NCBI GenBank assembly: GCA_026025075.1
Contig: JAPEUI010000101.1
Location: 1 to 58,820 of the forward strand
Direction: 5' to 3'
DNA length: 58,820 nt
From: Vezdaea acicularis
Lineage: Eukaryota
Of the stretch, positions 50,452 to 58,820 are shown piece after piece (position 1 is the stretch's first letter; every line of letters begins with the position of its first letter). A program made the position numbers and the translations under genes. The notes beneath the pieces were generated by a model that saw only the letters and a program-made list of their open reading frames with translations, ran no database searches and was not told where the DNA came from.

Positions 50452-51319
50452 ATGGCATTGCCGACCACACCCGTCACACCAACTACACCAGCTGGAAATA
50501 AAGCTTCAACGCCTGCAACGGGGACATGGCGACATCCACGGTTCGAAGAAATCGCAAGGCGGCAGAATGCGACTATGTTTGGTGAGAAAAACGTCAGCCA
50601 AATTGTGTGGAACAGCGCCAGCCTCTTTCTGACATTTCATGTCGACAAAGTGCTGGGTATGCTGTAGGTTTCAGCTTCTTTGATATATCTCAGATGAAAG
50701 CTGACAAAACCATATCAGGCCCCAGCTCTACAAGCTGCTTTCACCACTTGCGCCTTATCCCAGCCATGCGATGTTCCTCTTGCGCCTGTTATTTTTCATC
50801 AACATCCTAGTAGCGATATTTCCTCTTATCCGTCGCAAAGACGATCTCTCAGACATTCCCCTTACGCCCTCTCAGAGAGCGCTCTTAGGCCTAGATCCAA
50901 ACGTTTCGTCTCCAGCCACACCTGGAGGTACCTTCATCACTCCGCCACGATACGCATTATCTTCAACTCCTCGCAGTAGTACGCCACCGAGCAGAAATAG
51001 CGCATATTCGACCTCGCCTTTATCTGGCTACGGCAGCCAAGTATCCTTAAAGGATGGTCAAGGGGGCTCGTCATTTTCGCCAGCTTCTCCAAGTCCGCTT
51101 TTGCAAAAGGCTCTTGGTGCTAGGGACTCCACTCGAAGGGCATCGTACGGGTCACCTTCTCCAAATGGAATAGGGGCAGGCGTAAACAGCACTAGCCTCG
51201 TTGGCTTACCGTCTACGCCAAGTCCAGTCTCTGGTAAAGGTAGCAGCGTGGGGCTCAATAATCGATGGCTGTACGAACGCGGTAGGGCTAGCCCGGGAGG
51301 CAGAAGCGTGTATTCATAG
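50452..51319 (+). CDS. POM34: Transmembrane nucleoporin Pom34-like (NPCC family)
   Basis: TPATGTWRHPRFEEI, two TM segments, DIPLTPSQRALLGL and an S/T/P-rich tail. One intron. Confidence 0.8.
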
Positions 51320-52413
51320 GAGTCTAGGCTTTGCGGGTTTGCGCACTAGATGATGCGAAGGCAGTCATATGTTGGCAGCAGGGGCGTTGAGATAGGAAAC
51401 TTGGAATTTGTCGACTTGGGCAGAAGGTACAGGGTAGTTCACGAGTTAGCATAAGAGCGTTGCGGACGACGAGATCACAAGCAGATTCTCGTGTGGCGCC
51501 GTGGGTCCTGAGTCTCTTTGCGCGGACCACCTCTGTTGAGACCAACGCCGTGCGTTTACAACGTGGCCTAGAGCGAACGCTTTTGAGCGCAAGTTACAGA
51601 GCACACAAATAACTATATGGTTCGGGAGGGTGACATGGGAGGCTAAAAGCCGGAATGCGCATCCCTTCTCTGTAGGGCATGGCTTATGCCCTGGACATGA
51701 TGTGATCCGTAGCTTCAGCTGACACTCCCCAAGTGACATATGCTTCAGCTTTCCGGCTTGTAACAAACGAGGCTCAACGTTCTGTCATGGTCTCTCGGAT
51801 CAAGGGCTGGACGTACTAGTATGTAAGGCCTTGCGCGTCGCTTCGTTTGATACTGTAGATTCGCTTCCGCCATGGCAACCGGGTGTTGCCCCGCAGCGGC
51901 CCCTCGGCTTCTGGGGATTGTTTACCCTAGCTCCAGCCTACCAATGAAACCCCAAGTCGGCTCGAAGGAGTATTCTAACCTCCAGTGCATTTTCTGTCTC
52001 TACCTTTTTCAACTTGGTTCAGGGCCCAACACCTCAATCACCATCGATTTAGGCTCGCAGGGCTGGGTGTAGAGGTGTTAATCATTGTTCACACATAGAT
52101 ATGCACAACACTACAGTACATCACTCCTTAGCTACAACACACGCATGATGCCTATTTAAATCAACCTTCAAAGCAACCAACCTTTACTCTCTACCACCAC
52201 GGACAATACTCCCCTAAGACAAGAATATACGACCTTGGTAGCTTATACAAATGTGAAATTTCTTCAACACTTAGGAACCACCCAAGAGTTCTTAGCAGTA
52301 ACCACCAAAGCTCTTTGAGTACCAAGTCTGCTTCACCTTCTTGAGCGAAGAGCAAAATCAACGGTAGCCTGCGCCGACTGTGCTCTAGGAGAATCACTCG
52401 TCACACACACGCC

Positions 52414-54551
52414 ATGTCGGGCGCAAAGGACTACCAGGTCCTCGAAGAGCTTGGACGTAAGGGGTGATAAAGTCCGCCCATCATATTATAGGTGCTAACA
52501 TATTTCGATGTTCAGGGGGCAGCTTTGGTGTTGTATACAAGGCAGTGGAACTTCGTACTGGGGAGCTCGTCGCCATCAAACATGTACGTCACCGGCACCT
52601 CCATAGGACGACTTCAATGAGCACTGACATCGTTCTCAGATCGATCTTGAATCAACGGATGACGATATAGAGGAGATTAACCAAGAGATATCTCTTCTGA
52701 GTACTTGCGATAGTCCCTTTGTCACGAAGTACAAGGCGAGCTTTCTCCATGGCACAAAGCTATGGATCGTGATGGAGTACCTTGGGGGCGGATCGTGCCT
52801 AGATCTGGTATGTACGAACGACTAAGGCTAGCAATTTTGCTAACAAGAACAGCTTAAAGCAGGCCCTTTCAGTGAAGCACAGATCGCGATCATCTGCCGC
52901 GAGCTGTTACGTGGCCTCGATTATTTACACGCTGGGGGCAAGATGCATCGCGACATCAAGGCCGCTAATATTCTCTTGTCTTCTAACGGAAAAGTGAAGC
53001 TTGCTGACTTCGGCGTTGCTGCACAATTGTTGAACCTTCAGTCGCAACGCAACACTTTCGTAGGGACTCCATTCTGGATGGCCCCGGAGGTGATCACTGA
53101 GTCTGGCTACGATTTCAAAGCAGACATTTGGTCACTAGGGATTACAGCCATGGAAATGGCCTATGGTGAACCTCCTTTATCTGACGTACATCCTATGAAA
53201 GCTTTGATGATGATTCCCAAAGAGGCACCGCCTCGTCTGGATGCTCAGAAGTACAGCCGCGAGTTTAGGGGCTTTATCTGCGCCTGTTTAGATAAAGATC
53301 AGGATGAGAGAGCTTCCGCAAAGGATCTTTTGACCTCGGCTTTTATCCAGCGGGCTGGTAAAGTGGAAGTCCTTCAAGAGCTCATAGCGAGGTGGCAAGT
53401 CTACAGCGATGTTGGAAACAGCAAGGAACAGAGGTTGTACCAAGAAACTATGTAAGTGAAAGCTTCTCGAATACTTCGAGGGCTGCGTTTACTGATTATT
53501 CAGGGTTCCGGCAACCAGGCGGGGAATTGATGATGGCTGGGACTTTGACACTGTGAAAACGTCGAAGATTGCCACTTGCAAAACCACTCAACGTCGAAAA
53601 AGGCTTTCCCTCGTCTCAGGAAATTCTCAGCCAGCTTACACTCAAGACCCCCAGAAGCTAGATATGGACTCTGCGCCGTGTTACAATAAAAACACCCCAT
53701 CGGCGCTTTCAGAAAACAACAAAGCTCAAGGCCGGGTAGTCTCGGGCACTGTCATCAGGTCTCCGGTGAGACCAAAGGCCGTTGAGAAGACTTCAAGTCC
53801 AGGTAGCGAACTTCTGCTTCCCACGAGTGAGGTGACGAGACTCGGCCCACAAGAAAGCTCCCGAAAGCAACCTCTCGGGGCAGATCTGAGTTTTGGGAAT
53901 GCTGCATCATCGGCAAGCCCATTTCTGCGCGTATCCGACGTTGCGCCCTCCACTTCGCGAAAACTATCGGGTAAAAGAAAATCCTCCATACTACTGCACG
54001 ATGACAATTGCTCTCCGGCAGCCGAAAATTTAACAAGGGAGGGTGTTCTAGGTCAGAGGGCTTATTCATGCGTCGTCGAGAATGCTTTCGAAGAGGTTTA
54101 CGCGCAGACAGCGTCGCAGAGGAAACGTGAAGCTCTGTCTCAGGCAGCAGCTGCTTGGCAAGTACTTAACGCCATAGATCCCGAGGGAGAGCTTCATCTT
54201 CTTAAGCTGATATTTGAGAAGGTCCAAAGGTTAGTATGGAGTCGAAAAATTTATGAGATTGAGAAGGCTAACGGTGTTTCCAGCGAGCCGAAGCTTGCCG
54301 CAATCCTTGCGCCTGCGTCAAACCCAACAACCCCGCAGAAGGCTAAGTTGATGTTGGCACAAAATAACCCTCATCTAAAGAGCCATAAGAGGCGGCAGTC
54401 ACTACAAACTCCGGTGCAAGACTCTCATACTGAGAAGCCTTCGAATTTACCTAGTCAGCTTATCTCAGGTATGGAGCATACAAAGCACCTCTCGGATGTC
54501 TTATATAGACGATGGTTGGATGGATTAAAATCGCGTTGGCCGACCACCTAG
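52414..54551 (+). CDS. STE20/GCK-family Ser/Thr kinase (Sid1/SepL-like)
   Basis: [23 protein letters not shown] and GTPFWMAPE (STE20 signature). Several introns. Confidence 0.9.
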
Positions 54552-55125
54552 GTAGCAAAATCCTATGGCCAAACCCTTGGACGCGCCTGGGTCACTTTAC
54601 CGTACGGCCTTGTATTGGAGCGTTGCTGTTAAAAGGCTTGAACAGGCCACCTCTTTCAGTTATCTTCCTAGCAGAAGCGGCATTTTGTTTCTTATGAAAA
54701 CAGCATAGAAGAGCGACCGCATTGATATCAGGGAGTCTCTCCAGGCTACATCATCGGCATCTGCGATTTTCAGCATTTCTCATGGGCGGGGTTTCTTTTC
54801 CTTTTTTCTTCATGCAACTCACTTTTTGAATGTGATGCAACTTGGATCGATTGTACTATACTCTTGAGGGTGATATTTGGTGGCGTTATAGAGCTCTTAT
54901 GTAACAGCGATGAGCCCCTGATTACGAAAATAGACAATCTCGACCCCACGTGTTACAGTCTTGTCCATCATGCGTGAATCAGGAAGAATCTCGAAGGAAT
55001 GTAGTCAGTCTCATCATAATCATATCAAATAAAGGGATGAGGGTATCCATGCACTAATCAGAGGCAGCTAGCAGCTTATGGTCGATAGTCTCCACCTTTA
55101 ATAGAGGGCTAATTTTTCCAATGTC

Positions 55126-56970
55126 TTATGTCGCTGGAGTCGGATGTCCGAGCTCGCTGACTATTTTCTTTAGCATCGGCATAACGGCCTTTCGCGTCAT
55201 GTCTCTATTCTTTTGTTGAAAGTATTTCCTGAGCGGCCTCTTCTGCTCATCATAGAGATCTATGTCTTCTGGCGGTATGTCCCTCGCAGTCGACACTTCT
55301 GACAGCTCACCGTAGAACTCATCAAGTGAGGGTTTCTCCAGCTTCAGCTCTTTTCCATAGCGTTCCTCAAACTGCTCAAGAATTACTGCATGGGCTGGGT
55401 CGGAAGCACAGAGACAGAGAGCTCGTTGCTTCTTTGCGTCAGATTTGGTATCACTTGAGACGTAGTTCATCATGACCACATATATTGCAAGGTTTCGGGC
55501 TTCCGCAAACTCTTTCATCGCCAAGGCGATATCAGTCATCGGGTTTCCCGTACGAGAGATACCAAGGGCAATGTCCTGACGGCAGAGCCATTTCCAAGAC
55601 TTCCCAACAGAGCTGATTCCGATGATGGGTGAACTATCTATGCCGCCAAACTGCTTGAAATCCTTTTGTAGGATTTCTCGTATGTTGAGTTTGCTCATGT
55701 TGGCTTTTGCTTGAGCTATCTGCTCGTAGAATTCAGTCATAAAAGAGTCTCGCACTCCCCCGTCTGTGGATGCGGACATTTGATATGTAATTCCTTTCAG
55801 ATAGCGATAGGCCTCAAGATCTGCCACTTCTGTCTTTGATTTGTTCGCTAGGTTTGAGGTATCGATCGTGATAGCAGCTAGAAGCAGCTTTGCCAACTGC
55901 TGATTTGAGACCACAACGTCCGATCTGTGGGCTATGCGGGAGTTATCCGTTGAAAATTCAAGTGAATCCGAGTTCAACTGATTGCTTCCTTCAAGGCGGT
56001 TGCTGTCCGCTGATTTTTCTCTACCTTTCACCCCCTCCATCATTTTCACGTCTGTGTCTGACATGGCCGTGTTTTCATCCTTGCATTTACTAATTGCAGA
56101 TCTGGTGATAGTCTCCCAAATGTCTTTGCAGTAGATCGTTACTAGACTAGAGCAACTGCCAGACTTCCGTATGATCCGAGGCAAAGCCATCTGAGAAACT
56201 ACCTGCTCGTCTTCATGATGATCTATTACACCAAACACCCGATGTTGATAGTAGAGGCCGAGCTTGCCTCCGAATGTATTTTGGTCCACGAGAATCCATT
56301 TTGTCTTCTCAGGAGAAAGCCATTCGATGACTGACTTTGACACAGGTGGAATGAAGTCGTCAAGAGTGACCAGGTGGTTCTCAATTACATCTTCACTAAG
56401 GCCTGATATCTCGAAAACCTTCATGAATTCGGGCCTAAGTTGAATGTCTGCAGCAGGGATGTTAAGGACAGGAATCCAGGTATCCTTCTTGGAAGGTAAT
56501 AGTGCCGGGTTATGGTCAGCGCCGTATTGCTCATGAGATTTGAAGAAAGCAAGAGCAATAGCCGATGCCATAGAGTCAAGGTCTGAAGGGCAGCCTTAGC
56601 ATCACTCAAAATTCAGAAAGGACCACCACGTGAGTTGCTCACCTGCTGATTCATTGCCTATGATAAGTTGAATGGATTCGCCGTTACTTAGAGCATATCG
56701 CAATGTCTCTTTAGCGTGCCTCAGGAAGACATCAAGACATGGGATACGCTCTTTCCCCGAGCGCCTCTCAACGTCCATCTCTTCGTTCTTTGGTCTAAAT
56801 CTGCTTCTAGTTCTTGTAAGTATTGCTTGGTGAATTTGTCGAACGTTTAATGGACAAAACTCCTGTCTTGGAATGACGTAGCGCAGAAATTTGCTACTTC
56901 TATTCAAAATATTGAGATATGGTAGGGTCAACTTGCTGACTCTCTCGATGTATTTATAACGAGCGAGCAT
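55126..56970 (-). CDS. PPX1: Exopolyphosphatase (DHH/DHHA2 family)
   Basis: GNESA|DLDS, IDHH, SGSCSSLV, AITIDTSNL, KDFKQF, QKNRDMTRK. One intron. Start at 56970 or 56778. Confidence 0.88.
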
Positions 56971-57194
56971 TGAGACTTCACATGTTATACGGGATAAGAG
57001 CTACGCTATGTTCCTTATGTCAGGCATAGAAGGCAGGCCTGCTGGACCTTTGTGGTCAAAAGACCTGGAACCTCGATTCGAAATTTTCATTGCTGAATAT
57101 AATATCATACATATGAGGGCTTTGAAATTTCTCGGAGCTTACCCCGCCTCGGCATCTTGTCAAGCTTGAAGTTCCGCGTATGTCCTGAGAAAAA

Positions 57195-58364
57195 ATGTCT
57201 GAATCTGGAGCTAAGACCGTACTCGTAACCGGTGGAACTGGATTACTCGGTCGAGAAGTCGTTAGAGCGTTTACTGATGCACAATGGCACGTAATTGGCA
57301 CAGGTCTTACAAGAGCAGATGTTCATCCCTTTCGCAAGCTTGACATTCTTCAACCAAGCTTAGTGGAAAATGCACTGGATGAAGTCAAGTGAGCTTTTCT
57401 CTGCATCTGGTGAACACAAACGTTGGACCTAACTTATTTCATTTTTCCTCATGAAGACCAGATGTTGTGATACACTGTTAGTCATAACGCTATATGCTCC
57501 TCTGAACCTATACTGAACTTGCTGACGGGCTCTCGGCGCTATAGGCGCTGCTAATCGCTTCCCCGACTCTTGCGAAGAGGACCCCCATGGAGCATTTCGA
57601 TTAAACGTCACTGCCTCCCAGGAACTTGCCCGTGCTACATCAGCTCGGTCCATTCTACTTATTTACATTAGCACTGACTACGTCTTTCCTGGCTTGCCTG
57701 GCGAAGCTCCATACTCTGCAGTACATCCGAAAAACCCCCCGAACATATATGGCAAAACTAAATCCGATGGTGAGGAAGCTATCCTAGCGGAGACAAGGAA
57801 TACCGGCCTTGGTGTGGTGCTTCGTGTGCCGGTACTTTATGGAAAAGTTGGAGTACACTCCGGGGCAAATAAGGAGAGCTCTGTAAATATGCTACTAGAT
57901 TCTGTACGCTTGGCAACTGGATCTAGGGACACCGAGCGAATAACAACTATAGACGACTGGTCCATCAGATACCCGACGAATACACAAGATGTGGCGCGTG
58001 TCCTCTTGGAACTATCCAACGTGTACCTTGATGACACAATGCCAGATCCGATGACACGCCCTAAGATTCTCCAGTTTACTTCGGAAGACGCAATGACCAA
58101 GTACCAGATCTGCCAAGCCTTTGCAGAGATCTTACACCAAGACATATCTACCAAACTGGTCCCGCTAAAAGATGATGGCGGAAGTGGAGCTGTAAAGAGA
58201 CCATATGATTGCCATCTTTCAACGAAGGAGCTAGAAGGGCTGGGCGTCAATGTGGGCACCTTAGATTTTGTAGGGTGGTGGTATGGTCATGCTAGCATGT
58301 GTGAGTCGTTGATATACTAACACGATTATATAGGAGACGAGAACTCAGGGTATTTAGGCATTGA
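57195..58364 (+). CDS. RmlD-like extended SDR (methionine adenosyltransferase II beta-like)
   Basis: VTGGTGLLG, HCAANRFPD, ISTDYVF, YGKTK, LRVPVLYG, RP.DCHL. Three introns. Confidence 0.88.
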
Positions 58365-58820
58365 AAGCCCCGCACACCCGAACGCGGCCGAACTTGTTTC
58401 TGGGCATTGAACGACCCCGGCCCAACCCTCGATAAGTACGTATTCTCAACGGGTAAATAAAACATCGTAACAGTTATTTCCCATTCAAGAGTACGTTTAT
58501 GAAGATCGCCGAGACAACATGGCATATTGTCCTTAGTTTATAGCCGATATAAGGTTACATGCTCAGGAGATCGTGCCGCATAGAACCGAAAGGGGCCTCA
58601 TCTATTCGCCCGCCCCTTGGGCCGGTTGCTGCAACCTATAGAAGGGTATGACTGCAGACGACTCCTTCAAGAGCCGAAGTAGTAAATCAAAGGAGTTTCC
58701 TTATATGCAGTGATAAGGAATCAATGCACCAGAGCCTCTTGCCCTCTATGCTTTTTTACTGAAGTCGCTCGCTTGCAGATTTCTTGTCATTGAGGGTAAT
58801 CGAACCCTTAGACCGTCTAA

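Noticed and set aside
56275..56295. PPX1 motif LVDQN instead of LVDHN as a sign of inactivation
   Set aside because: This position varies in fungal PPX1, and the DxD and DHH motifs are intact.
38143..58364. Functional clustering (CYK3 with Sid1-like kinase; MTHFR with MAT2B-like)
   Set aside because: The genes are separated by unrelated housekeeping genes and there is no evidence of a co-regulated cluster.

Overview
Fungal (Pezizomycotina-type) nuclear DNA, judged from short GT-AG introns with CTRAC-like branch points and typical filamentous-ascomycete genes. About 6.6-58.8 kb is a compact run of roughly 25 mostly housekeeping genes: YjbQ-like, YIH1, NDUFS6, MPP6-like, STE23/IDE, CFIm25, CAB5, QNS1, class II eIF4E, Ulp2-like SUMO protease, PQ-loop, GGCT, CYK3, MTHFR, p24, IMG1, POM34, Sid1-like kinase, PPX1 and an RmlD/MAT2B-like gene. 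The first ~5.9 kb is different, visibly more AT-rich, and looks like an unclassified mobile element. It contains (i) a ~155-bp tandem array whose units carry a 17-bp inverted repeat around a 23-nt loop, with the loop exactly inverted (flip/flop) in the last full copy; (ii) a second composite ~129/~230-bp tandem array; (iii) one intronless ~1207-codon minus-strand reading frame (5492->1869) broken only by two in-frame stops of RIP (CpA->TpA) type, with a DxxxE...Y..K...RxE motif order reminiscent of Rep_trans nickases (speculative); and (iv) an upstream iteron-like 17-bp repeat with an 18-bp hairpin. Exon boundaries were read by eye and no database search was run.
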